A stretch of DNA of 64,000 nucleotides from a bacterium (lineage in GTDB: Bacteria > Desulfobacterota > DSWW01). Of the stretch, positions 8,041 to 17,175 are shown piece by piece. Every line of letters starts with the position of its first letter. Position 1 is the stretch's first letter. Both the position numbers and the translations under genes were made by a program. Where the stretch lies: the NCBI GenBank assembly GCA_028277985.1, contig JANQFG010000119.1:3911-67910 (forward strand), written 5' to 3'. The notes under the pieces are model-generated. The model was given only the letters and a program-made list of their open reading frames with translations, did not search any database and was not told the origin of the DNA.

Positions 8041-8373
8041 ATGCGTATAGCCGTTCCAACCGCTCAGGGCACACTTTGCCCTCATTTCGGACACTGCGAA
8101 CAATTCGCCATCGTCGACGTCGACGAAGGCAAGATCGTGAAGACCGAATACCAGACCCCGCCGCCCCACGAGCCGGGTGTGCTGCCAGCGTGGCTCCATG
8201 ATCTGGGCGCAAACGTGATCATCTGCGGCGGCATGGGGATGAGGGCACAGCAGTTGTTCGCCCAGAACAACATCCGGGTCGTCTACGGTGCTCCCAGCCT
8301 CCCTGCCGAGGAAGTCATACGCTCACATCTGGACGGCAGCCTTGTCACGGGAGACAACATCTGCGATCATTAG
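8041..8373 (+). CDS. NifX/NifB-type (PF02579-like) small protein
   Basis: MRIAVPT..LCPHFGHCEQFAIVDV..VIICGGMGMRAQQLF, typical of the family. Confidence 0.85.
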   Translation: MRIAVPTAQGTLCPHFGHCEQFAIVDVDEGKIVKTEYQTPPPHEPGVLPAWLHDLGANVIICGGMGMRAQQLFAQNNIRVVYGAPSLPAEEVIRSHLDGSLVTGDNICDH

Positions 8374-8416
8374 CCATCCGTCCGACCAACGCGGACCTGC
8401 GGCAGGGAGGCTCATC

Positions 8417-9259
8417 TTGAAGACCACGCTGACCGTACTATGCGAGAACACGGCCGGCTTCCCGATGAAGATCATGGGTGAGCATGGGTTGTCCATTCTT
8501 ATCGAACGGGGTGAGGAGCGGCTTCTGTTCGATACCGGCCAGGGGATAGCCCTGCTCCGGAACGCTTCCAGCCTCGGAAAGGATCTGTCGCAGGTGACAC
8601 GCGTTGCGCTCAGCCACGGCCACTACGATCACACGGGAGGACTCTCTGATTTTCTGGACGTGAGTCCGAACGCTACGGTCTGTGCCCACCCGGACGTATT
8701 CATAGAACGGTTCGCACGGTTCGAGGGTCCGACCGGCCCGCAGACCATGTCCATAGGGATCCCCTTTTCCAAAGAGGCTCTTGAAGAGAAGGGGGCGGCC
8801 TTCGATCTGTCCCCTGCCCTTCGCGAAATCTCCCCGGGCATCACGTTCTCCGGCGAGATTCCCCGGCCGGCGGACTGGAAGACGTGGGACGACCGACTCG
8901 TTGTCAAGGACGGCGACGATTTCCGATCCGATCCCTTCCTGGACGACGCGAGCCTGATTGTCGACACCGCCCCGGGCCCTGTCCTCGTTCTCGGCTGCGC
9001 CCACGCAGGCCTCCATCCCATCCTGGAGCACGTGCGGAAAGAGACCGGGATCGACCGTTTTCACGCGATCCTCGGGGGCACCCATCTCGGGGCCGGGACC
9101 CAGGAGGACTGGGAGAATGCCTTGGGGCTCTTCGAGTCGTGCGGGGTGGAGAAGATCGCCACCAGCCACTGCACCGGCTTCCACGCCGCAAGCTTCCTGG
9201 CCGGCCATCTGGGCGACCGGGTCTCTCCCGCATCGGCAGGCGTCTCTTTCGAGTTCTAG
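8417..9259 (+). CDS. MBL-fold metallo-hydrolase
   Basis: SHGHYDHTGG metal-binding motif. A TTG start at 8417 with a GGGAGG RBS gives an N-terminus (KTTLTVLCENTA..EHGLSILIE) that matches how this family usually begins. Confidence 0.75.
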   Translation: MKTTLTVLCENTAGFPMKIMGEHGLSILIERGEERLLFDTGQGIALLRNASSLGKDLSQVTRVALSHGHYDHTGGLSDFLDVSPNATVCAHPDVFIERFARFEGPTGPQTMSIGIPFSKEALEEKGAAFDLSPALREISPGITFSGEIPRPADWKTWDDRLVVKDGDDFRSDPFLDDASLIVDTAPGPVLVLGCAHAGLHPILEHVRKETGIDRFHAILGGTHLGAGTQEDWENALGLFESCGVEKIATSHCTGFHAASFLAGHLGDRVSPASAGVSFEF

Positions 9260-9268
9260 GGGAAAGCC

Positions 9269-10402
9269 ATGTGGGATGAGATTCGGAAGCTGTTTCCGAT
9301 CCACGAGCAATGCGTCTACCTCAACAATGCGGGTGTTGCCCCGCCTTCCACCCGCGTCCTCGAATCCCTCGAAGCTTACCATCGGGAGCACGCCCTGCAT
9401 GGATTCCACAAAGCGGCCCTGAGCTTCAAGGATACGGGCACCGAGATCAAGGAGATTCTTTCCGAGTTCCTCTCCTGCTCACCCTCCTGCATCGCTCTGA
9501 CCCACAACACTTCCGAGGGAATGAATATCATCGCCCAAGGGTATCGTTGGAAGCAGGGCGACTGTGTGCTGGGACTGGATCTCGAATACCCCGCCAACGT
9601 CTATCCCTGGTGGAATCTCGAGAGTCGTGGGGTTCGGCACTTACGATTGAAACCCGAGCACTCTGCAGAGGACATAGACGCGCTGAAGAACAACGTCGAC
9701 GACAACGTTCGCATGGTGGCCGTGTCTGCTGTGGACTGGTGCTCCGGGTTCGTCCTGGATCTCGACGATCTGGGCACTTTCTGCCGGGAGAGGGATGTCC
9801 TGCTCGTGGCAGACATGGCGCAAGCGCTTCCGATCGTGCCCTTGAGACCGGAGGATTCAGGAATCAGTGCCATGGCCGGCTCAGGATGGAAATGGCTGAT
9901 GGGGCCGGTCGGGTTGGGCGTCTTCTACTGCCATCCGACACTCATGGAAAAGCTCGACTTGGTCTTTGTCGGGACCGACACCGTCGTGGAATCCCACAAA
10001 TACCTCGACTATCGATTCGAACCGAAGCCTGACGCGTCGCGCTTCGAATTCTCAACACCCAACGTGAACGACTGGGTCTATCTTCTGGCCGCGATTCGAC
10101 TTCTTCGTGAGATCGGCCCGGAGAACGCCCGAAAACGAATTCTCCACCTGAATGCGTATCTCCGTGAAGGTCTCGAGCGGTTGGGGCTGCACGTACGCGG
10201 CTCTGAACAGGAACAGGAGCGGTCCGGAATCCTCTCCTTCGAGCACGAAGGCCTGGACGCCACCCACGAGGCACGCCGCCTCGCAGCGGAGAGCATCTGG
10301 GTTGCCGCCCGGGACGGCGCCATCCGAGTCTCTCCCCACATCTACAACAATGAAGAAGACATGGACCGACTGCTGGCTTGCCTTTCGAGAAGAGACCGAT
10401 AG
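9269..10402 (+). CDS. Class-V aminotransferase-fold PLP enzyme (cysteine desulfurase / NifS-CsdA-like)
   Basis: YLNNAGVAP N-terminus, fold-type I length, and a context of Fe-S assembly genes. I did not pinpoint the catalytic Lys or Cys. Confidence 0.8.
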   Translation: MWDEIRKLFPIHEQCVYLNNAGVAPPSTRVLESLEAYHREHALHGFHKAALSFKDTGTEIKEILSEFLSCSPSCIALTHNTSEGMNIIAQGYRWKQGDCVLGLDLEYPANVYPWWNLESRGVRHLRLKPEHSAEDIDALKNNVDDNVRMVAVSAVDWCSGFVLDLDDLGTFCRERDVLLVADMAQALPIVPLRPEDSGISAMAGSGWKWLMGPVGLGVFYCHPTLMEKLDLVFVGTDTVVESHKYLDYRFEPKPDASRFEFSTPNVNDWVYLLAAIRLLREIGPENARKRILHLNAYLREGLERLGLHVRGSEQEQERSGILSFEHEGLDATHEARRLAAESIWVAARDGAIRVSPHIYNNEEDMDRLLACLSRRDR

Positions 10403-11499
10403 AGCCGTTCTGTGTCGTCCAGCTCGCGCTCCAGGCGGAACCTCTCTTCGAACACCCGTTTACCCTGCTCCCCCATCTCTACACGCTCTTCCTTTGAGCG
10501 GATCAACCGCAGGATGGCTTCGGCCAGGCTGTCCGAGTCGCCGGGGGCGAAAAGCAGGCCGTTCTCCCCGTGTCGGACGATCTCGGGGATGGCACCGGAG
10601 TTGCTGCCCACGATAGCCCGGCTGTTGGCCATCGCCTCGAGCAGCACGATCCCGAAGGCCTCGTTGTTCGAGGGAAGCACGAGAACATCGAGGGCCAGCA
10701 TCAGGGACGGAATGTCCCCCAGGAACCCGGGCATGATGACCTGATTCTCGAGGCCCAGCATTTCGATCATCCCACGAATTCTCTTGGCGTACTCGACCTG
10801 GCCCGGGACCCCGACGATGAGAAAGCGGCATTCCGGGTGTTCCGCTGAAATCCTCTTCGCAGCTCGGATCAGGAGATCCTGCCGCTTCCCCTCGGAGAGC
10901 GAAGCGACCATGCCCACGACCGGCGTATCGCGATGGAGGCCCAGCTCCCGGCGGATCTCTTCCGCCCTGTTCGGATCCCCCACCGCTTCCTCGCCCAGGC
11001 CGTAGTGGATCACCTCGACCTTGGAAGGCTCGATCGGATACGTCTCCAGGGTATTCTCGCGGATGTAGTGGGAGTTGGCGACCAAGGCGTCCAGCCGCCG
11101 AATGAGAAGCCGGTGAAGCGGATCGGTCTTCTTGGAGCTCGGAGGCGTACCACTGTGCTTGGTGTAAAGCAGGGCAGCCGACTTGCGAAGAACGCCGGCC
11201 AGGAGCATGCCTCGCCACGAATCGCGCGAATCGTGAAAGTGGACCACGTTGACCCCCAGCGACTCGACCAAGCGCTTGAGGGGGAAATAGGACCGAGGAT
11301 CCAGATACCACCGGAAGGGAAGCACTGCGCGGGAAAAGTGGCTCTCTCCGGTGTGGTCGTCCGTGGCCGATTTCGCCCGCACCCCGAACAGGAGCGGATG
11401 CCCCCTTCCGGACAGCCCTTCGGCCAGGACGAGGGAGTGCATTTCCATGCCTCCCCAGCCGGAAGAACTGTTGATGAACAGGATTCTCAAGTCGGACAT
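10342..11499 (-). CDS. Glycosyltransferase family 4 (GT-B, group 1)
   Basis: The N-terminus ILFINSSSGWGGMEMH and the C-terminal E..E region (LPSNNEAFGIVLLEAMA) are typical of GT4. Confidence 0.85.
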   Translation of the reverse strand: MSDLRILFINSSSGWGGMEMHSLVLAEGLSGRGHPLLFGVRAKSATDDHTGESHFSRAVLPFRWYLDPRSYFPLKRLVESLGVNVVHFHDSRDSWRGMLLAGVLRKSAALLYTKHSGTPPSSKKTDPLHRLLIRRLDALVANSHYIRENTLETYPIEPSKVEVIHYGLGEEAVGDPNRAEEIRRELGLHRDTPVVGMVASLSEGKRQDLLIRAAKRISAEHPECRFLIVGVPGQVEYAKRIRGMIEMLGLENQVIMPGFLGDIPSLMLALDVLVLPSNNEAFGIVLLEAMANSRAIVGSNSGAIPEIVRHGENGLLFAPGDSDSLAEAILRLIRSKEERVEMGEQGKRVFEERFRLERELDDTERLYRSLLERQASSRSMSSSLL

Positions 11500-11670
11500 G
11501 GTCGGCCCACCGCCTCTTCAACCTCGAGGGTTCACGTGGAAGAATGAATAGGAGAAAGAAACGCAGCTTGTCAAGGCGCGTTTCCCTTTTGCGGGACGGA
11601 AAGATATAATGGAATCTTTGCGTTCCCCTCTCAGAGGACCAGTCTAAGGGAACACGTATCGGAAGGGCAA

Positions 11671-12210
11671 ATGACAAAGTACCGCAGGCCACCGTATCCT
11701 TATTGCCCATGGTGCGCACGCCCCCTTCCGAAAGAAAAACCGTTCCGACAGGAATGCAGCTCCTGCGGGTTCGTGCTCTACCACAACTCGAGCCCTTGTA
11801 TTGGCGCCCTGCCGACGGACGAGGTTGGGCGGGTCCTGCTGGGCAGGCGGGCTGTTGAGCCGTACCGGGGTGACTGGAATGCGATCGGCGGATTTCTCCA
11901 GTACGGCGAGGACCCCTTCGAGGGACTCGAGCGAGAGGTACGGGAAGAGCTCGGAGTCGCTTGCGAGGTGGACGAGTTCATCACGATGGAAGCGGACACG
12001 TATGGTTCCGACGGCCCCGCTCTTTTGAACGCGTATTTCACGGTGAGACTCGGTTCGGGCACGATTCGGCCGCAGGACGACATTAGCGAGCTGCGGTGGT
12101 TTTCCCTGGACGCGCTGCCCGAGAACATCGCCTTTGAGAGTGACCGGAAGGCGCTTCAGGTTCTTTCTCACAAGACAGAGAGATCCGGCGGAGGTGGAGA
12201 AGAAACATGA
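11671..12210 (+). CDS. NUDIX hydrolase with an N-terminal zinc ribbon
   Basis: CPWC...CSSC zinc ribbon and the Nudix box GGFLQYGEDPFEGLEREVREELGV. Confidence 0.85.
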   Translation: MTKYRRPPYPYCPWCARPLPKEKPFRQECSSCGFVLYHNSSPCIGALPTDEVGRVLLGRRAVEPYRGDWNAIGGFLQYGEDPFEGLEREVREELGVACEVDEFITMEADTYGSDGPALLNAYFTVRLGSGTIRPQDDISELRWFSLDALPENIAFESDRKALQVLSHKTERSGGGGEET

Positions 12211-12758
12211 CGCAAGAAGCCAGGTACGCACCAGGGTTCCTCATTTCCGTCCCTCAGCTCATGGATCCGAACTTCTATCATGCGGTGGTGCTGTTGATCG
12301 AGCACACGTCCGAGGGCGCCATGGGACTGACCATCAACCATCCGACGGACAGGTCGATCCAGAGTCTGTACGAACAGATGGGCCGTTCCTGGCCCGGCGA
12401 CGATCAGTCCCTTCTCATGCGGGGGGGACCGGTGCAGCCCGAACACGCCTGGATTCTGCACGGCCCGGAATGCGATCTCGGCTCCGCCTACGAAGTAACG
12501 GATGATCTGAAGCTGAACACGTCCCTGGATGCCCTGGACACGCTCGTGAAGACCAGCAACCCGTACCGCTTCTTCATCGGCTACGCCGGCTGGGGCCCGG
12601 GGCAGCTGGATGGCGAGATTCAGCAGGGCGCCTGGATCATCTCCGACGTGGATATCTCGCTGGTCTTCGATACACCCTCTGAGGAGGTCTGGGAGGCCAG
12701 CCTGAAGCGTATGGGCATCGACCCGGCCATGCTTGTCATGGGCAGCGGCGTTCACTAG
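12207..12758 (+). CDS. YqgE/AlgH-family protein (UPF0301)
   Basis: GFLISVPQLMDPNFYHAVVLLIEHTSEGAMGLTINHP is the family signature. The start overlaps the previous stop codon. Confidence 0.85.
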   Translation: MTQEARYAPGFLISVPQLMDPNFYHAVVLLIEHTSEGAMGLTINHPTDRSIQSLYEQMGRSWPGDDQSLLMRGGPVQPEHAWILHGPECDLGSAYEVTDDLKLNTSLDALDTLVKTSNPYRFFIGYAGWGPGQLDGEIQQGAWIISDVDISLVFDTPSEEVWEASLKRMGIDPAMLVMGSGVH

Positions 12759-12771
12759 CGGGGGCAAGGAC

Positions 12772-14214
12772 TTGGCTGAAGTCAAAGATGCATGCGGGCT
12801 GTTCGGCGCCTTTGGAACTCCTGAGGCGGCTTATGAGGTCTACTGCGGGCTCTACGCCCTCCAACATCGCGGCCAGGAAAGCGCCGGCATCGTTGCGAGC
12901 GACGGCAAGACCCTCCGCTCCTCCAAGGGCATGGGGCTCGTTTCCAACGTCTTCACCCGTGAGTCCCTCAAGACCCTGGACGGGGATGTCGCCATCGGCC
13001 ACGTTCGATACTCAACGACGGGCGGTTCGAGATCACAGAACATCCAGCCTCTCGTCGTGCGCTACAAGAAAGGGCTGCTCGCGATTTCTCACAACGGCAA
13101 CATCGTCAACGCAAAGGCCCTGCGCAGAGCCCACGAGAAGAGCGGCTCCATCTACCAGACCGGAACCGATTCGGAAGTCCTGGCCCATCTGCTGGCCCGG
13201 CCGTCTCACCAGAACATGCGTGAGCCTCTTGCCCACTGCCTGTTCCACCTTAGAGGCGCTTTTTCCTTCCTGCTTTTGGAGAAGGACCGGATGGTCGGAG
13301 TACGGGACCCGCACGGCTTTCGGCCGCTCGTCCTCGGAAAGAGGGGCAAGACCTATTTCCTCGCCTCGGAAACCTGTGCCTTCGACCTCATTCGCGCCGA
13401 GTACGTCCGCTCACTCGATCCAGGCGAGATCCTCACCATTACCAAGGCGGGGCCCAGATCCGAGTTCATCGAAGGCACTCCACCGCTTCGCCACGCACAC
13501 TGCATCTTCGAGTTGATCTACTTTGCGCGCCCGGACAGTATCGTTTTCGACCAGACAGTCCACAACGTCCGCGTCGAGTTCGGGGCGGCACTGGCCAAGG
13601 CAAGCCCGGTCAAGGCGGACTATGTGATCTCGGTTCCGGATTCGGGCATCTCGCCTGCCATCGGATATGCGAACGCCTCGGGAATCCCTTATGAGCGGGG
13701 ATACATTCGAAACCACTACGTCGGCAGGACCTTCATCGAGCCGCAAAAAGCAGGGCGGGTGGAGAGTGTCCGGTTCAAGCTGAACGTTGTGAAGGATATT
13801 GTCGAGGGCAAGAAGCTCGTGGTGGTGGACGACTCGATCATAAGGGGGACCACGTCCAAGTCCCGGGTCCGGGCCCTTCGGGAGGCCGGGGCAAAGGAGA
13901 TCCATCTGCGCATCAGCTCTCCTCCCTGCCGTCATCCCTGCTACTATGGAATCGACTTCCCGGATCCAAGAGAGCTCATCGCCTCGAAGAGGTCTGTCGA
14001 ACAGATCCGCAAGTATCTCGGAGTCGACAGCCTCGCTTACCTGGAGCCGGAGGCGATGCTCAACTGCGCGGTCCACCCCGCAAAGGACTACTGCACAGCA
14101 TGCTTCACGGGCGACTACCCGGTCCCCGTCAGAATGCCGCGCGGCAAAATGGATCTGGAAGAAGATCACGCAGACGGCGCCACCGGACGGCGGACAAAGC
14201 GCGGACGAGGCTAG
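12772..14214 (+). CDS. purF: Amidophosphoribosyltransferase
   Basis: A catalytic Cys follows a short propeptide (AEVKDACGLFGAFG, comparable to Bacillus PurF). The PRPP-binding motif is VVVDDSIIRGTT and there are C-terminal cluster cysteines. TTG at 12772 with a GGGGGCAAGGA RBS is preferred over ATG at 12733. Confidence 0.9.
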   Translation: MAEVKDACGLFGAFGTPEAAYEVYCGLYALQHRGQESAGIVASDGKTLRSSKGMGLVSNVFTRESLKTLDGDVAIGHVRYSTTGGSRSQNIQPLVVRYKKGLLAISHNGNIVNAKALRRAHEKSGSIYQTGTDSEVLAHLLARPSHQNMREPLAHCLFHLRGAFSFLLLEKDRMVGVRDPHGFRPLVLGKRGKTYFLASETCAFDLIRAEYVRSLDPGEILTITKAGPRSEFIEGTPPLRHAHCIFELIYFARPDSIVFDQTVHNVRVEFGAALAKASPVKADYVISVPDSGISPAIGYANASGIPYERGYIRNHYVGRTFIEPQKAGRVESVRFKLNVVKDIVEGKKLVVVDDSIIRGTTSKSRVRALREAGAKEIHLRISSPPCRHPCYYGIDFPDPRELIASKRSVEQIRKYLGVDSLAYLEPEAMLNCAVHPAKDYCTACFTGDYPVPVRMPRGKMDLEEDHADGATGRRTKRGRG

Positions 14215-14255
14215 AGGCCGAGGACGAAGTAGACCGGTCACAGCTCCCTAGGCAC

Positions 14256-15524
14256 TTAGACTCTCCTCTTGACAGCCCACCAGACCAAGAGTGGCCACAC
14301 GAGCGAGATCCCCGCACCCAGCGAAAACAAGCCCCCATACCCGATCCGGTCGGCGAGCAGGCCGGACAGAGTGCTCACGCTCATCTTCCCCACTACCTCC
14401 ACCGCCGCCAGTGCCGTGTAGTGAGTCGCCCCGACCCTCCTGTCACACAGGTCCATCATGAAGGCGAACATCACCGGGGTGATCATTCCACCGCAGAAGT
14501 GTTCCGCCAGGGTCACAGGGTAGACGATGCCGAGCGACAACGGCTGTTTCAGAAAAGGAAGGATCGCTATGAGCACCAGGGGCCCTGCGCGCAGGATCCC
14601 CACCCAGAAGAGAGACTTCAGTCGCCCGCGGTTCTGGCCGATCCATCCACCTACCATCGAGCCGGCCAGGCTGAAGCCAAGGCCCCATGTTCCGCACAGA
14701 ATGCCGATTGCCGGGGCATCCATCCCACCATCGAGCAGAAAGAGCCTGTACATTGCATCCACACCTGCCTCACCCATCTTGTAGGTCGCTATGAGCAGCA
14801 GAGCGACCGGCAGTCCGGGCCGTGAGGCGAGAAGGACGAGCGACCTGAGTATCTCCATCATCTTCGGGGAGGCATCAGCCCCTGTCGAGGCACTGTCGCT
14901 TTCCGGGTATCGGGAGGCAATCAAGAGGACGAACAGGCCAACGATGGCCATCGCAGTGCAGATACCCTTCCAGCCGAGTTGCGTTGAAAAGGCAAGAAGG
15001 ATCCCACCCGTGAGGAGCATACCCACTTTGAAGCCAACGACTTGCGCCGCGTTCCCAGGGCCCCGCTCCTTCTCGGACAGGACATCCACTGCAAGACCAT
15101 CGACCGCTATGTCCTGTGTGGCGGCAAACAGGTTGATGCCGAACACGATGACCAGAAGCAAGGTGAGGGAGCCGGCCGGCTGAGGCTCCTGGGTACCCAT
15201 GAGAAGAGCGAGCACGGAAGAGATCAGGACGCAGGGAAGGATCCAGCTCTTCCTTCTGCCCAGGGCAGGCAGAGCGAACCGATCCACCAGCGGCGCCCAC
15301 AAAGGTTTGAGGATCCACGGAAGCCCGAGGAGGCTGTAGAATCCGATGGCAGTTCGACTCCACCCGGCCTCACGCAGGAACAGGGGCAACACTGAAATGA
15401 AGAACCCGTAGGGCAGGCCCTGCACCAGGTAGAGGAAGAACAGGGTCGAAAGCCGCCGCCGGAAAGGGGGCAAGGCACCATAGGGTCCCCCTTCGGTCCG
15501 GCCCCCGGTTTCCGGGTCAATCAT
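14256..15524 (-). CDS. MFS transporter, AmpG/PAT-family-like
   Basis: About 12 TM segments. The motif LYLVQGLPYGF...LKPLWAPLVDRF..LGRRKSW matches the AmpG/PAT pattern. Confidence 0.75.
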   Translation of the reverse strand: MIDPETGGRTEGGPYGALPPFRRRLSTLFFLYLVQGLPYGFFISVLPLFLREAGWSRTAIGFYSLLGLPWILKPLWAPLVDRFALPALGRRKSWILPCVLISSVLALLMGTQEPQPAGSLTLLLVIVFGINLFAATQDIAVDGLAVDVLSEKERGPGNAAQVVGFKVGMLLTGGILLAFSTQLGWKGICTAMAIVGLFVLLIASRYPESDSASTGADASPKMMEILRSLVLLASRPGLPVALLLIATYKMGEAGVDAMYRLFLLDGGMDAPAIGILCGTWGLGFSLAGSMVGGWIGQNRGRLKSLFWVGILRAGPLVLIAILPFLKQPLSLGIVYPVTLAEHFCGGMITPVMFAFMMDLCDRRVGATHYTALAAVEVVGKMSVSTLSGLLADRIGYGGLFSLGAGISLVWPLLVWWAVKRRV

Positions 15525-15722
15525 CCCGCAGCATCCCCCCCATCTGCGTGCACCAACGCTTTCTCCGGTCCAGCTTCAACCCGACGTACTTGGGGACAGC
15601 CAATCACGTCCCAAGAGAATGTGCGAAACCCTGAAGCGGGTCAAGCCTCCTCCGATCGTCTGAACCGACCGACCGAGTCGATCGATCGTCCTGATCGATC
15701 TTCTTGATCCTTTCCCCCCCTT

Positions 15723-17135
15723 TTGCTAGCCTGTTGGGCGGTCCATTCTACGAAACCACCGAGAATCGCTGTGGAATCACAGAAGCTCAAGCAGACGCAA
15801 CGCATCGTGCTGCGCCTCTTCATGAGGGGCTCTCACGAGAACATCAAGCGCATGATCACCAAGCTGCGCCCGGCAGAGAGCGCGGAGCTGCTCGCACACA
15901 TCCGTCGAGCCGATCAGATCCGCTTCCTCCAGCTTCTTTTCGAGGTGCGGATGGCCGCGCCCACGATCCGGGAGCTGCCCGACGAGCTCGCAAAGGATCT
16001 GATCAACGAGTTCAAGGATGCCATGATCGCCGAGATCGTCCGAAGGCTCTCACCGGACGATGCGGTCGATCTTCTCGGCTACCTCCCGGAGGATCGCCAG
16101 GAACAGATTTTGGTACAGCTCACCGAGAAAGAGCGATGGACCCTCGAAAGGCTTCGGCTGTATGACGAGGATACTGCCGGCGGCCGCATGACCACCGAGT
16201 ACATTGCCTTCCCCCAGGAGATCACAAGCGCCGAGGCGCTCGAAGAGCTTCGGGAAAAACACGACAAGAGCGATCTCCTCTACATCTACGTGGTCGACGA
16301 GGTCAACCATCTCACGGGCCTCTTGCCCTGGCGGAATCTGGTCTTTGCCTCCGGTGACGAGAAGATCAAGGATCTCATGGTCTACGACCCGGTCAGCATC
16401 CAGCCGGACACCCCCCAGGAGGATGTGGCCAAGCTCGTGTCCGATTTCGACCTGCTTGCGGTCCCGGTGGTGGACGAAGAACGCAAGATCCTGGGTGTGG
16501 TCACCTTTGACGACATCATGGAAGTCATGGAAGAAGAAGCCACCGAGGACATGTACCACCTGGCCGGTCTCGACACGGCGGAAAGGGTCTTTTCGCCGGT
16601 GAGCCGATCGGTGCGCCTGCGGATCCCCTGGCTCCTCATCAACCTGCTGACCGCCCTGCTAGCGGCCCTGACGGTTGCGCTCTTCAAGGAGAGCATATCC
16701 AAGTTCGTCGCGCTGGCCGTGCTCATGCCGATCGTGGCGAATCTGGGAGGCAACGCAGGCAGCCAGAGCCTCACCGTGGTTGTTCGTGGTCTGGCGCTCG
16801 GGGAACTCGAGTTTGCCAGCCGCTGGAAGGCGATCCTGAAGGAGGTCTCTGTCGGCTTCTGCACCGGATCGATCAACGGGCTGATCATGGCGCTCATCGC
16901 CTATATCTGGTACGGGAACCTCTGGCTCAGCCTCATCCTGTTCCTTGCCATGATCGCCAACATGCTCCTCGCAGGCCTTTTTGGGGCGGTAGTCCCTTTG
17001 ATTCTGAAGTGGGCAGACAAGGACCCTGCCCTGGGCTCTCACATCCTGGTCACGACCGTAACGGACGTGGGCGGGTTCTTCATCTTCCTGGGCCTTGCCA
17101 CGGTCCTGATGGGCTACCTGAATATACCCCTTTAG
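15723..17135 (+). CDS. mgtE: Magnesium transporter MgtE
   Basis: MgtE N-domain (LRPAESAELL), a CBS pair, and a C-terminal TM domain with GNAGSQS. The start is uncertain: TTG 15723, GTG 15771 or ATG 15822. Confidence 0.9.
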   Translation: MLACWAVHSTKPPRIAVESQKLKQTQRIVLRLFMRGSHENIKRMITKLRPAESAELLAHIRRADQIRFLQLLFEVRMAAPTIRELPDELAKDLINEFKDAMIAEIVRRLSPDDAVDLLGYLPEDRQEQILVQLTEKERWTLERLRLYDEDTAGGRMTTEYIAFPQEITSAEALEELREKHDKSDLLYIYVVDEVNHLTGLLPWRNLVFASGDEKIKDLMVYDPVSIQPDTPQEDVAKLVSDFDLLAVPVVDEERKILGVVTFDDIMEVMEEEATEDMYHLAGLDTAERVFSPVSRSVRLRIPWLLINLLTALLAALTVALFKESISKFVALAVLMPIVANLGGNAGSQSLTVVVRGLALGELEFASRWKAILKEVSVGFCTGSINGLIMALIAYIWYGNLWLSLILFLAMIANMLLAGLFGAVVPLILKWADKDPALGSHILVTTVTDVGGFFIFLGLATVLMGYLNIPL

Positions 17136-17175
17136 CCGGTCCACAGCCTCCATCGGTCGTTGGGGCGAGAGGTCG

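Noticed and set aside
10342-10402. A 61-nt convergent overlap between the aminotransferase and glycosyltransferase 3' ends
   Set aside because: Both C-termini are plausible and such overlaps occur in compact genomes. Alternatively the last 15 or so residues of the GT4 protein are non-conserved read-through. I see no evidence of anything functional.
15525-15822. Possible Mg2+ riboswitch (M-box) in the long region upstream of mgtE
   Set aside because: I cannot recognise the M-box consensus by eye and the true mgtE start is uncertain. An Infernal scan with RF00380 is needed. Only the GATC clustering is reported as an observation.
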